Assembly: GCF_001194135.2 (NCBI RefSeq)
Contig: NC_069009.1
Coordinates: 1,063,456 to 1,096,662 of the forward strand
Source of the DNA: Octopus bimaculoides
Lineage: Eukaryota
Direction of reading: 5' to 3'
DNA length: 33,207 nucleotides
Shown here piece after piece: positions 11,011-22,599 of this stretch (positions are counted from its first letter, which is position 1; each line of letters starts with the position of its first letter). The notes beneath the pieces were generated by a model. It did not search any database and was not told where the DNA came from. It saw nothing but the letters and a program-made list of their open reading frames with translations. A program made the translations under genes and the position numbers.

Positions 11011-12173
11011 TAGCAAGTGGTCTACCTGACCATTTACACTTCAGCGTGTAGACTAATATTAACCATAATCCTAACCCTAAACCATTTTCCTAACTTTAAA
11101 CCGAAGTCCTAACCCTAACCTTTAATCCAGATCTGGTCATTTCACAGCAGTTTAGACTACACCACTGTAAACCACACACTGATGTAGTGCCGATATATTT
11201 TCCATTACCAAGTTGAACATCGATTCGTGCTGGTGAAAAATAAACTGTGAAATAAGGAACCCAACAAGACATCAGCTTTTCGGAGGCGTAGCCAGTTTCT
11301 AAAGTTACAGGCATCGAGCACATACATAAAGGCACCGTGATGCATATCAAACAATTTTTAGCTCGTTTTTTCTTATATTACGCGAAATATTTCATTAGTT
11401 ATGATATACTTAATTGTATTCTACATTCATTTATTTCGTGTTTCACTAACAACGTCATTATGTACGAAACTTACAACTGATATAGTTGATACGTGAAAAA
11501 GATGAAACTCCACTGGATCGTCCAGTGTCCAGAGGTTATGACGTCAGAGTTTGTTGTGGTTCTTCAGATGTCGGCGACCGTCAATACATCACAGGAAATT
11601 GAGTAGACAATAAAAAAATAGAAGAGACTGGTCAAATAAATAAATGATTCGAGAAAGTTCTTCCGAGGTTATCTGATTAATAAAAAGAAAGAGATATTCG
11701 ACTTTTATCGCAGAAGTGAGCTAAGCAGTTAATAATAATGTTGAAAAGACACCAATTTTGAAAAATGTGCTCGTGGGTAGCGATCGATAACTTTATTCCT
11801 CTATTAACGACATCACTGCAGCTTTTACATTGTAAAACAAACTCAGGTGTACCCTTCAAGAATTTGAGAAACGTGTAAGAAAGTTTGTAGTGTGATTGGT
11901 TAAAAACACTACAAATATAACGGACAGGTCATGTGTTTAATTCTCACAGTGTTAGAAAATATTTTATCACACCCTTAGGCGTAGAAATAAGTACTTGTAA
12001 TATATTCATGTAAATTTAAATGGTAATTCCATCCCAGCAAATTATTTTCTTGCTTGTATTACCATATACTATAATATTTCGATTCAGATCCAGTGTCGAC
12101 GATCGTGTAAAATATGTATATATGTATGTATGTATTTATTTAAGAATATGCCGTTTCTGGAATAATATGTATT

Positions 12174-12223
12174 CTACTTTAATTGTACTGAGACGACCAG
12201 GGCTTCTAAACTCACTTTCGTTC
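12174..12223 (-). CDS. Gene C terminal exon (GTKVSLEALVVSVQLK*)
   Basis: tttttttcag acceptor, TAG at 12176-12174; same 50-nt coding length as the paralogous exon 32175-32224. Confidence 0.78.
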
Positions 12224-14101
12224 CTGAAAAAAACGAAGGGAAAATTTGTTAATTAAGTTAACTTTGAATTTCACGATGATCATAGATATACGCATGCACA
12301 CACACACACATACATATATATAAATTCTATGAATCTATCTATCTGTGTATATATGTATCTCTCCCCCCTCTCTCTATATACACACACACAAGGTGCGATG
12401 GGTAAATTGTCGCCAATTTATAGCCGGAACCTCGTGGAGCTTTAGGTGTTTTCGCTCAATAAACACTCACAACGCCCGGTCTGGGAATCGAAACCGCGAT
12501 CCTACGACCGCGAGTCCGCTGCCCTAACCACTGGACCATTGCGCCTCCTTGAAATATTGAAATACGAGGTAATAGTACGAACCATCGACCTGTATTATTA
12601 GTTTTTTCTTATAACTGGCTTTGTTTTGGCTCTTTTACTCTTTTACTTGTTTCAGTCTTTTGACTGTGGCCATGCTGGAGCACCGCCTTTAGTCGAGCAG
12701 ATCGACCCCAGGACTTATTCTTTGGAAGCCTAGTACTTATTCTATCGGTCTCTTTTGCCGAACCGCTAAGTTACGGGGACGTAAACACACCAGCATCGGT
12801 TGTCAAGCGATGGTGGGGGGACAAACACAGACATACAAACACATACACACATATATATATACATATATACAACAGGCTTCTTTCAGTTTCCGTCTACCAA
12901 ATCCACTCACAAGGCATTGGTCGGCCCGAGAACATTTATATATATCAAACAATGATTCATGTAAACTACGCGCGCGCACGCGCACATTTGCATCATTTGC
13001 ATTCAGATGAAGAGGATATATTTTAATCACTACCTTTGATGTTTAGAAAAATATCGAATTCTTCATTATTTCCAGGTTTTCTTCTAGCTTCGAAGAATCC
13101 TTGTTGAGCTGAAGCTCCCCACTCGATTCTGAAATGCGGGTCCCTGAAACCAATATATTACAATTGACAAATTTAATAAAAAAATAATTAAAAGAAAAAA
13201 ATTTCACGATTGTATTTACGACAATCATTTCTGTTTAATTAAATCGATGAGTTTATCATTTCATTTCTGAAATTAGTGCTTCATACCCAGGTTGTTGTTA
13301 TTCATTGATATAGAAGGTGATAATGACATGTAATTTGGGTTAATGAGATCTTGTTACTTTAGCTTCAGTTCGGCTATGACCAAGGAGATTTGTGATTAAA
13401 AGCCATTCCAACCATAACAATCCGGTCGTATTTCCTTCTAAAACAGAATGTATGTCGGACCAAAGCAACCAGAGATAATACAGTGTTATTTGAGTGGAAA
13501 TAAACATAGGTTATTGAAAAAGGTTGCAAGACGCAACGAAAATTTTAGGAAAATAAAAATAAGAAATAAGTGGAAATTTTAACGGTGTGTGTGTGTGTTA
13601 AATTTCAAGGCACAATAAGAAAATGACTCTCCCCAGACACAACAGAATATGCTTCAACACACGAAATCACATAAAAAAAATCTTGCAAACCAAATCCAAA
13701 AACGAAACATAGATTGTTATAAAAAAACAAAACAGGATATTCTATCAACTCCCACTTATTCAATTATCGGAATCACGTATTTTTTAACGCATTGCCTGAG
13801 TGAAAGGATTTCTTCTGAGCATGAGGTAATAAACTGAAGAAGGNNNNNNNNNNNNNNNNNNNNNNNNNNNNNNNNNNNNNNNNNNNNNNNNNNNNNNNNN
13901 NNNNNNNNNNNNNNNNNNNNNNNNNNNNNNNNNNNNNNNNNNNNNNNNNNNNNNNNNNNNNNNNNNNNNNNNNNNNNNNNNNNNNNNNNNNNNNNNNNNN
14001 NNNNNNNNNNNNNNNNNNNNNNNNNNNNNNNNNNNNNNNNNNNNNNNNNNNNNNNNNNNNNNNNNNNNNNNNNNNNNNNCAAAACTTATGGTTAATAAAG
14101 A

Positions 14102-14138
<37 letters not shown>

Positions 14139-16935
14139 GTCATCGTCGTCGTCGTCATCGTCATCGTCATCGTCATCATCATCATCATCATCATCATCGT
14201 CGTCGTCATCATCATCCTCCACTGTGAAAGTGTCCAAATGAACTGTTCTTAAATAATTAAAGGTTATTAAATATAAATGCCACCTCAATGTAATATTAAT
14301 GCTTTGTGGAGAATTGAAGGGAGCCATCAGGACCGGAAGCGACATCATGTCAAGAAGCGGGGATTTTGGACGGCTTCTTTCTTGGCCAAGACTATGAGGT
14401 GAAGACACGTGAGGAGCGGATGTCAGAGGGATTGTAGTTTCTGGCCAGATGTTCGGGTAGAGTACGTTTGTAGGTACGTCTAACACGATCTTCTGATCCC
14501 AGTGCATGATACCCTGTTTGATATTTATCTCTCACTAGATGGGAGTATTTCTTTTGTCGAGTCTACCTTATGGGATCTTTCAAAAGAACCATTATTATAT
14601 AATTAAAGATGTTCAGGGAAATAATATATATACTTCTCTTTGAAAGTAAGGTTCCGTAGAACCTGATTCTGTTGATTTACAATGATTTTATCTTTCTGGA
14701 ACCACGATGTAGAATCCGTCCCCGTTCCATTGAAAACTAATAAGTAATCATCTTCATTTACACGTGTTTTTCTCACTCGAAATTCCACCTGAAAATAGAA
14801 AGTTGACGCTGATCAGTAAAGAAACTAAGAGAGTGAGGAAGGATAGACTTGTATAAAGAGAAAGGAGACTAGGATATGATTATAGGGAGGGAGTAGGTGG
14901 GCGAGAAGGAGATTGGGAGAGAAATAGAGTAAGAGAGACCCAGAGCAAAAGAGAATAAGATTAGAGATGTCGCGAAAAAGGAAGAGAAAGAGAAGGAGTG
15001 AAAGTGAGAGGACGGAATGTAAAATAGAGATTGAAGAATTGCTAGATTAAGACAGAGAGGGGAAAAGAATTTGGATTTAGGAGCAAAACACAGGGAAATT
15101 AAGTNNNNNNNNNNTTTTGGTTTCGGAGTCTTTGCTAAAGATTCGTTGCATCTTCGTAATGCAGAGTACGAAAAGCATTAATGACACCATTGCAATATTG
15201 ACAGAAAAAAAAGGTAAAAAGCTAAATACGCACAAAAGATATCGGATTGACAAATATGTAGATTGTTTATTAAATGAGAATCATTTTAAAGTTTCAAAAA
15301 TTCATTACCTTTTTAATAGGAAGTTTGTCCCAATATAAATACACAGGACTTCTTTTAAATGACTTTACGGTCATCTCAAACACTTTCTGCCAGCTTGTAC
15401 CTGTATCAGCAACAAATAGTAATCAATAATTTAGATGTAAAGATACAGACAGGATGTTAACCGTTAAACGGTAGGAAAGGATTGCATAAACGTGTTTGAC
15501 AAATGGGCGAAAAACGAAAAAATATCTCTTTTATATAAGGATAATTTTTATACTTGTGGAGGCGCAATGGCCCAATGGTTAGGGCAGCGGACTCGCGGTA
15601 TTAGGATCGCGGTTTCGATTCCCAGACCGGGCGTTGTGAGTGTTTATTGAGCGAAAACACCTAAAGCTCCACGAGTCTCCAGTAGGGGATGGTGGCGAAC
15701 CCTGCTGTACTCTTTCACCACAACTTCCTCTCACTCTTTCTTCCTGTTTCTGTTGTACCTGTAATACAAAGGGTCAGCCTTGTCACACACTGAATATCCC
15801 CGAGAACTACGTGTCTGTGGAGTGCTCAGCCACTTGCACGTTGATTTCACGAGCAGGCTGTTCCGTTGATCGGATCAACTGGGACTCTCGATGTCGTAAG
15901 CAACGGAGTGCCAACAACAAATTTTTATACTTATTTTCACTTTAAAAAGGTACAAATAATATTATGATTATTGTTAGTCACTCGTATGATAACATTTACA
16001 ATCTCCGTTTAAAGTGCAGTTTCATTTGCATCCGGTATGAGCATAAATTCATTTGAGACACCTGTATTGCTGTAATCAAGCGAATGTACAAATTGAGAAA
16101 AGTCGATGCACTTTATCGATCTAGAGCTAGTTGAAGCTTGACTTTCTTCTGTTCTATCTAGAACATCATCTATTTCATCTCACGAAGAAGAAATTTGGGA
16201 AAAATCCTCTTCATTGCGGCACCAAAACTACGAAATTCTTCACGCTTTCTTCTATCATTGAAGCTAAGATAAATATATTTTGGTTAAAAGTAATTTAGAT
16301 CTAATCTTAATTGGAGGCATTACTTACTCTCCTATAACGTCGCTACAAATTTTAATGTAAATTTTTTTCTACAGGACTAAATCTCAATTTTTTAATGCCA
16401 AAATGTAGCTAGGGACAAATCATCTTCAAAAATGTTAACGGTCTTCCATTTGGTTACGAACTGAATTAGCGAGAAGCTCTGAAAATGCTGCGTGTGAGTA
16501 AATTGCGGCCTTGAGAATATTATTAAACTGCTACCGTAAATGATATGACATAGGGTTAATAATTATAAAAATTTGAAAAGCACGCAGGAAAATTGTGATT
16601 TACTTACTGTTTCCAGAGATTAAAATATACGATAAGCAGTTGCAATCAGAATCTTTAATTTCTTCGTCATAAAATGATTGATGCATATAACATAGGTTTT
16701 TACAGTAAGTAAAATATTCGCATTCATTCTGTAAAATACACTGAAGCGCACAGTCTTCGGCAGATGTCGTGTTTCCAGTTATTTTATTCGGATCAGTTAA
16801 GCATTTTGATGCAGTGACTTCTCTGAAGAGGACTTCTATACACGCTGATTCTCCAGTTCTCGCGGTCACGAAAAATACAAGAACTAAAACCGGCAGCGAT
16901 ATGAGAAGCAAATGATATTGGATTGGTGTTTTCAT
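12174..16935 (-). CDS. Gene C: secreted protein with PAN/Apple domain plus uncharacterised C-terminal domain (244 aa); complement(join(12174..12223,13034..13143,14634..14788,15309..15400,16608..16935))
   Basis: Four GT-AG introns with matching phases (1,0,2,1); 735 nt open to TAG. Hydrophobic leader followed by the PAN-type pattern SAEDCALQCILQNECEYFTYCKNLCYM; second domain SWQKVF...YWDKLPIKKVEFRV...LVFNGTGTDSTSWFQKDKII...LEALVVSVQLK*. The last two exons are corroborated by the paralogue at 32175-32544. Confidence 0.82.
12385..12548 (-). mobile_element. SINE family 2 copy (5' part)
   Basis: Reverse complement of the 15558 head. Confidence 0.78.
12632..12910. mobile_element. Third SINE-like dispersed repeat
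   Basis: tactcttttacttgtttcagtc...tgactg(t/c)ggccatgctggagcaccgccttt recurs at 29398-29455 and degenerately at about 5262-5300 and 31915-31970. Confidence 0.6.
13034..13143 (-). CDS. Gene C exon (DPHFRIEWGASAQQGFFEARRKPGNNEEFDIFLNIK)
   Basis: tggtttcag acceptor, gtagtg donor, phase 2 to 1; homologous to 32438-32544. Confidence 0.78.
14100..14217. repeat. Compound (AAT)n / (TCG,TCA)n microsatellite
   Basis: Direct reading; source of the poly-D, poly-Y and poly-M ORF artefacts. Confidence 0.95.
14634..14788 (-). CDS. Gene C exon (VEFRVRK...LVFNGTGTDSTSWFQKDKII...TFKE)
   Basis: ctattttcag acceptor, gtatat donor, phase 0 to 2. Confidence 0.78.
15309..15400 (-). CDS. Gene C exon (STSWQKVFEMTVKSFKRSPVYLYWDKLPIKK)
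   Basis: gatacag acceptor, gtaatg donor; 92 nt bridges phase 1 to phase 0 exactly. Confidence 0.75.
15558..15920 (+). mobile_element. tRNA-derived SINE, family 2
   Basis: Head ggaggcgcaatggcccaatggttagggcagcggactcgcgg...ggtttcgattccc (A/B boxes); near-identical heads at 30280 (+) and 12548 (-). Confidence 0.8.
16608..16935 (-). CDS. Gene C first coding exon: signal peptide + PAN/Apple domain
   Basis: Acceptor tcatttttcag two nt before the ATG at 16935; donor gtaagt after 16608; C-x3-C-x5-C-x2-F-x-Y...C spacing typical of PAN domains. Confidence 0.85.
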
Positions 16936-17273
16936 CTCTGAAAAATGAAAAATATGAAGGGAGGAAATATTTCCGAGAGGAAGAGAGGAGGGGGTTAGAT
17001 GAAATGGGGAGGAGAGTTGAGCCCATGTGATAATTTTCTTACAATTTTTTTCTCTGATCAGAGAAAGGGAATGACTCCAATATAAATGACAATATCAGAA
17101 GCAACAATATCTAAACGGATGTTTCTATCGATCCGACACTCCACCACTTTCGATTTTTTTTCTATATTTACAATGTCTTATGATCGTTCTTTTGATTCCG
17201 TTTAATTATTTTAATCCAAACCCTTCTCTACAATTCTTTCTTCATTCATTAACTTAATACTTTTTTCGTACAG

Positions 17274-17480
17274 GGCGGCGAGCTGGCAGAATCGTTAGCA
17301 CGTCGGGCGAAATGCCTAGCGGTATTTCGTCTGCCGTTACGTTCTGAGTTCAAATTCCACCGAGGTCAACTTTGCCTTTCATCCTTTCGGGGTCGATTAA
17401 ATAAGTACCAGTTACGCACTGGAGTCGATGTAATCGACTTAATCCCTCTGTCTACCCCAGTGGGCAATAAAGAAATAAAT
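17274..17480 (+). mobile_element. tRNA-derived SINE, family 1 (near full-length copy)
   Basis: Pol III A-box-like tggcagaatcg and B-box-like gagttcaaatt, then a body (gactttgcctttcatcctttcggggtcgat...aagtaccag) repeated many times in the window. Confidence 0.8.
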
Positions 17481-18152
17481 ACGTTTCTCGTATGTTTCTA
17501 CGCATTCAAGGAAGTTATTCCAAAATCATTAGTTTCATAATACAAAATGTTGAGATGGTTAATCCTGATTTGGTTGTTTGATAACTATTTTTATTAAATT
17601 AAATACCCAAAGAATTGTTATTCAACAGCTCCATAATTATAACCGTAAGGATTATTATTCTATTTGTATATGAATTCATTTACTTTGAATCTATCTATCC
17701 AAATTAAATCCTAAATCCCAGCGGGATTCGAAATCAGAACCTAAAGTTTATTGTAATTTTGCTAAATACGAAAGAGAAAGTCGAATAGAGATTAAATACT
17801 GGCATTTTAACGTCAGTAGATTCACTGGTTCCATTTACTGTCCTCTGTCTAATAACGATTTATGTTATAGACATAAAGAACATAGGAGACAGGTAAACGA
17901 ACGGCATACTCCGCCACGGTGGATTCGAAATACGAACGTAAAGGTACGTGACTGAATACTAAAGATATTGTATTAGCCGACCCACGATTTCAACAAATCC
18001 ACCCCTTCCTTTCTACCCTCTTTGGAAATGAGAAATGATAAATCCAATTTAATGAAAGCACAAATCAGCTACAATACTTTATAATATAGAATTATGAAAA
18101 CAATTTTAGTTATTACCTCTCTTTTCATTCTTAATATCATTAATTCACTTAC

Positions 18153-18300
18153 CTTTAAGATTCATGACTGTTACAGAGTTGTTAAATAAACTTCACTTTT
18201 AGTTGAAAATCGACAAACCAGACGTGTTTCACTGGAAACAATACCTTCTGCCTCTTAATGTCACTTTTTTTTTCTAGTTTCGATAAGCAGGTTTTCTTTT
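18153..18300 (-). other. Candidate non-coding 5' exon of gene C (start approximate)
   Basis: Consensus donor AAG|GTAAGT after 18153. The first coding exon has an acceptor 2 nt before its ATG. Confidence 0.35.
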
Positions 18301-18449
18301 ATTTATTTTTATTCTCTTCGTTCTGACAGTTTAAAAATAAATTTTGAATACTTCACAGTTGATCTTTTTTTTTTGCATTTGCTTCCAAAAGATGATAAGT
18401 TCTTAGAACAATATTTCCAGTTTTTTTCCACCCTTATAAAGATAGAAGC

Positions 18450-19140
18450 TCAACTAAAACGTTCTTCTCTCTCTAACTCAAGAACTTGTCGCCAGTTTAT
18501 TTCACACTCTTAAATTCGTGGTCTTCTATTGTCGTTTCTTTTTTTCCAAATTACTTTGCTTTCAAGATCATAAGTAAATTGTCTGTTTCACCCTCAGCTT
18601 CGCTAGTTTTCCGACCAATGACTGCCTCTAACCATCGATCTTGGAAAATACGTCTCTTGAAAAACAAGTCACCCGTTATTATACGCTTGGTGAACAAATC
18701 AACTGTAACTTCGCAATATAATCGATAGCTTTCGATTTGTTCATGCTTTGCATTTTGCACTCGATATATTATGATCAATGCTGTTAGATGAGGTGTTATC
18801 GGCGAAGGCTTGTCTATGTTTGTATGTTGGTGTCAAGTAGACATTTATAATGCCACCCGAGAAAGATATGGACAATAGCAAACAAAAACTTCACGGTTTA
18901 TACGAAATTGGCCTTCGATCGTTAAAGGTGCTAATAATATATTAAGGTTGATCGATTTACGTTGATCTACCCAACAAACTTTAAACGTGTTACAAGTAAA
19001 AAAAAAAAAAGAAGAAAACTTTGAAGAAGAAGAACAAATAACGTTTTTGAAATGACGGACAAAGAAGAGACGATTTGTGGGTAGAGTCAGCTGATTCAAA
19101 GAAGTGTATGTCATTTTAACGGAAGACATCTTGAAATTTT
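18450..19140 (-). mobile_element. Possible highly decayed Penelope-like or other retroelement
   Basis: Broken frames with weak resemblance to the GIY-YIG region (KSINLNILLAP..., HNI..., WLEAVI); no diagnostic motif intact. Confidence 0.25.
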
Positions 19141-19355
19141 GGTATCCTAAATTGCTGTCGTTTAGTCACAAATTTGATTGAGTCTCGAGTAGCCTTTTTA
19201 TCAATAATTGTAGCCATTATCATGTCTTTATCATGTCGTTTTTGTTTTGTTACAAAAAACGCATTAACCAAATATGTTTTTGTAAATCAATGAAAGATGA
19301 TATAATAGATATTTGGTTGTAATTACTAATACATTAAGCAACTGCTCAGAGATTA

Positions 19356-19939
19356 GGGATCTAGTTCAAAACGGGGGCACCAGTATTTTCTTAACGAAAC
19401 ACTTTGAAACTTGGGACACTGGTAGAATGTGTCATATAAAACATCTTTTTCTCTCAGTCTTTTTAACAAAAAAACGTACATCGCAAGTTATTCCATGTTA
19501 AAGTTGTCGTATTTCTGTAATTTCAACCAATGACTGACGTCTATTCAGCCGAATACATTAAGTGCTGGGCGGTGATAAAATTATTATTTCCTTGTCAAAA
19601 AATGGCTGAAGCATATTGGCAGTAGGGTTAGGCAGTAGCTAATAAACCTTTCATACAGTTCAGGCAGATGTTAACGAAATTATAAATGGAGATTAAATAC
19701 GCTTTACACCGCTTAAACTGCCAAAGGAGTAACTGTAAACAGGTGAATACTTGTCAGTGATTGGTTGAAATTATCGAAATAAGACAATTTTTTTACATGA
19801 AATAACTCCGAATACAAAAAATTTTTTCTGTTCTATAACACAAAATAGATAAGTATACGAAGTTTGAAAGTCTTTCGGTACCAAAAACACTACATAAAAC
19901 ATAAATGAAAACTGGTACCCCCGTTTGGAACTAGATCCA
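19356..19939. mobile_element. MITE with about 27-bp terminal inverted repeats (possibly PIF/Harbinger-like)
   Basis: Left ggatctagttcaaaacgggggcaccag versus right ctggtacccccgtttggaactagatcc (2 mismatches); long subterminal inverted similarity (ttgaaattaccgaaat / atttctgtaatttcaa); a related right half lies at about 2290-2520. Confidence 0.65.
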
Positions 19940-20130
19940 GTGGATGGTTACTTTTCAATACATTTAGCTGCGGATTAACATAATTAATGTAGCATCTAGA
20001 AGCGACTTTTCTTCAATTGAAACTACACCTATAATTAGGAGACAAACCATTACGTTAATGACAATTACTTAACAAAACAGGCAAGGGAGAAAACACCGAA
20101 ATACTTAATTTCAAGGTGCCACGCGCTTGG

Positions 20131-22010
20131 GAAGCAAGCTTATATACATACATTCAGAAAGAGAAGGGGTTTAGCTTGCTAGATGGATGGATGGATGGAT
20201 TAGTAGACAGACAGACAGACAGATAGATAGATCGGTATGTAGGAAGGTAGGTAAACAGATAGATAGATAGAGATACGGGGGAATTTATACGCAACAAAAT
20301 TCGGGAAACCGGCATTATGAGCCTATGATTCACACACACGTGTATGTGTGTGTGTTAATATGTACTTCTGCATATACAATCATTAAAGGTTCATTGATCA
20401 AGCGTGATACATTTGACCCACGCGTAACGTAAATATTAAGAATGGCAAAAAAAAAAAGGCTGATTGATTTAAGAGAAGTAACAAGTTCAAGCAAGAAATA
20501 TCCGATTGTTCTTTTAAATGTTTGAGGCATAAATTGGTTAAATAATTTCGAGGGAATAAAATGGAAATATTTGCTTCAAATTTTGGCACAAGGCCACCAA
20601 TTTCGGGGAGGGTTTAAGTTGATTACATCGAACCTCAGTGTTCAGTTGGCATTTATGTTATCGACTCCGAAAGGATAAAACGCAAAGTCAACAATGGCGG
20701 AATTTGAACTGAGAACGTGATGGCGGAGGCAATGCCGCTTAGCATTTTGCCCGGAGCGGTAACGATTCTGCCAGCTCGACTCCTTGTAAACTAGAAAGAT
20801 TGATAACTCCCAGATGCTGATTTTTATAAAACAAACTAGAGGATAATCAATATTGATTGATTTATTAAAAGCATATTTTTATCTTCTCAAAAGCTATCGT
20901 GTTATGACTATTTTACACGTTTAAGTAGCCATATTTTTCATCAATATAAACAAACGGGCGTATACTTACATATTCATATATATATATATANNNNNNNNNN
21001 NNNNNNNNNNNNNNNNNNNNNNNNNNNNNNNNNNNNNNNNNNNNNNNNNNNNNNNNNNNNNNNNNNNNNNNNNNNNNNNNNNNNNNNNNNNNNCTTAATT
21101 TATAATTTTCTCAGAGATATTTTACATGTTTTGGTTCTTGAAAAAACGAACCTTATCAAAAATACATATTTTTTAAAAAAATGTTATTAAAAGAAAAGTT
21201 CTTAATTGTTTCTTACTGGTGTCCATATATATACATATATAGAGGCATATATATACATATATAGATAGATATATACATATATAGAGGCAATTATGTGGAT
21301 AAACAAATTTTAGAAGACACTTGCCCAAGGTGTCGCGCAGTGGGACTGAATCCAAAACCATGTGGTTAGGAAGCAAGCTTATATACATACTTTCAGAGAG
21401 AGAGAGAGAGAAGCAGGTTAGCTTGATGGATGGATGGATTGATAGACATACAGATACGCAAACAGACAGACAGACACATAGATAGATAGATAGATATTTT
21501 AGAGATATGGAGGAATTTATATGCAACAAAATCCGCGGAAACGGCCTCTTGAACCTACTATTCATACACACACACGCGTGCGCGCGCGTGAATGTGTACA
21601 TATGCATATACAATCATTAAAGGTTCATTGATCAAACATGATACATTTGACACGCCATTGATAAACTCACGCGTAACGTAAATATTAAGAATGGGAAAAA
21701 AAAGGCTGATTGATTTAAGAGAAGTAACAAGTTCAAGCAAGAAATGTCCGATTGTTATTTTAAACGTTTGAAGCATAAACCGGTTAAATAATTTTGAGGG
21801 AATATAATGGAAATATTAATAACTCCCAAATGCTGTTTCTATAAAACAAACTAGAGGCTAATCAAGAGATAATCAATATTGATTGATTTATTAAAAGCAT
21901 ATTTTTTATCTTCTGAAAAGCTATCGTGTTATGACTATTTTACACGTTTAAGTAGCCATATTTCTCATCAATAAAAACAAACGGACGTATACTTACATAT
22001 TCATACATAT
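20131..22010 (+). repeat. About 0.65-kb local tandem duplication (20131-20990 and 21370-22010)
   Basis: Long shared blocks such as catatacaatcattaaaggttcattgatca and aagctatcgtgttatgactattttacacgtttaagtagccatattt. Confidence 0.85.
20572..20795 (-). mobile_element. SINE family 1 copy inserted in one arm of a local duplication
   Basis: Reverse complement similar to 17274-17480; absent from the sister copy at about 21817. Confidence 0.75.
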
Positions 22011-22599
22011 ACTTATGTATGCATGTACGTACGTACGTATATGTATGTATGTATGTATATGTATATATACATACATATATAATAAATCAAATAGAGATAT
22101 TCAGTTGACAATCTAACAATTTATATATAATTTAATATAACAATATACTATGAATATAATATAAGATAACGTAAAAATTATTAAGATAACCAAAAAAGCC
22201 AATAATTTGTTTCTATCTATATACATTATTTGATTCATATCTATGTATATAAGTCTCTTCAGGATTTTGGTTCAAAAGACAGACGAAATTCCGTGCGAAA
22301 GGACAGCCAAATTGCAACAATGTTGATTCAAATTTCAATAAACACTCACAACACCCGTTAGAGTTAAAAGGACAAATTTATATTAGGGACTTTTAACTTA
22401 GGCTATCAGTGTCATGTTCAGACAGAGGAAATTTCTTAAATGACACCGCCTACATTAGGTTTCTAATTTGTTTAGTTCATTTCATCATCTTGTGTGTGGT
22501 AATCAAGTCATATTAAGTTAAACTTATTTCACATCCCAACAAGTTGTTAAAATTTATATCTTGTACCCTGGTACAAGATATAAATTATATCTTGATATA

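Noticed and set aside
11539-11546. Perfect CRE palindrome TGACGTCA
   Set aside because: A single 8-mer in 33 kb can arise by chance, and it is not near a supported transcription start.
11677-11859. ORF with CKSC...RGIK resembling a LINE ORF1 PHD finger
   Set aside because: Too few Cys/His ligands and no adjacent LINE sequence recognised.
13756-14507. Long ORFs with poly-D, poly-Y, poly-M/T/I tracts
   Set aside because: Translations of the (AAT)/(TCA)/(TCG) microsatellite and an N gap; they lie inside an intron of gene C.
15558-15640. tRNA-like sequences (also 17274-17360 and 30280-30350)
   Set aside because: They are SINE heads continuing into repeat bodies; no complete cloverleaf.
16328-16478. 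Candidate second exon of gene C (good-looking acceptor and gtaagt donor)
   Set aside because: All three frames contain stops and 151 nt does not bridge phase 1 to phase 0; 15309-15400 fits exactly.
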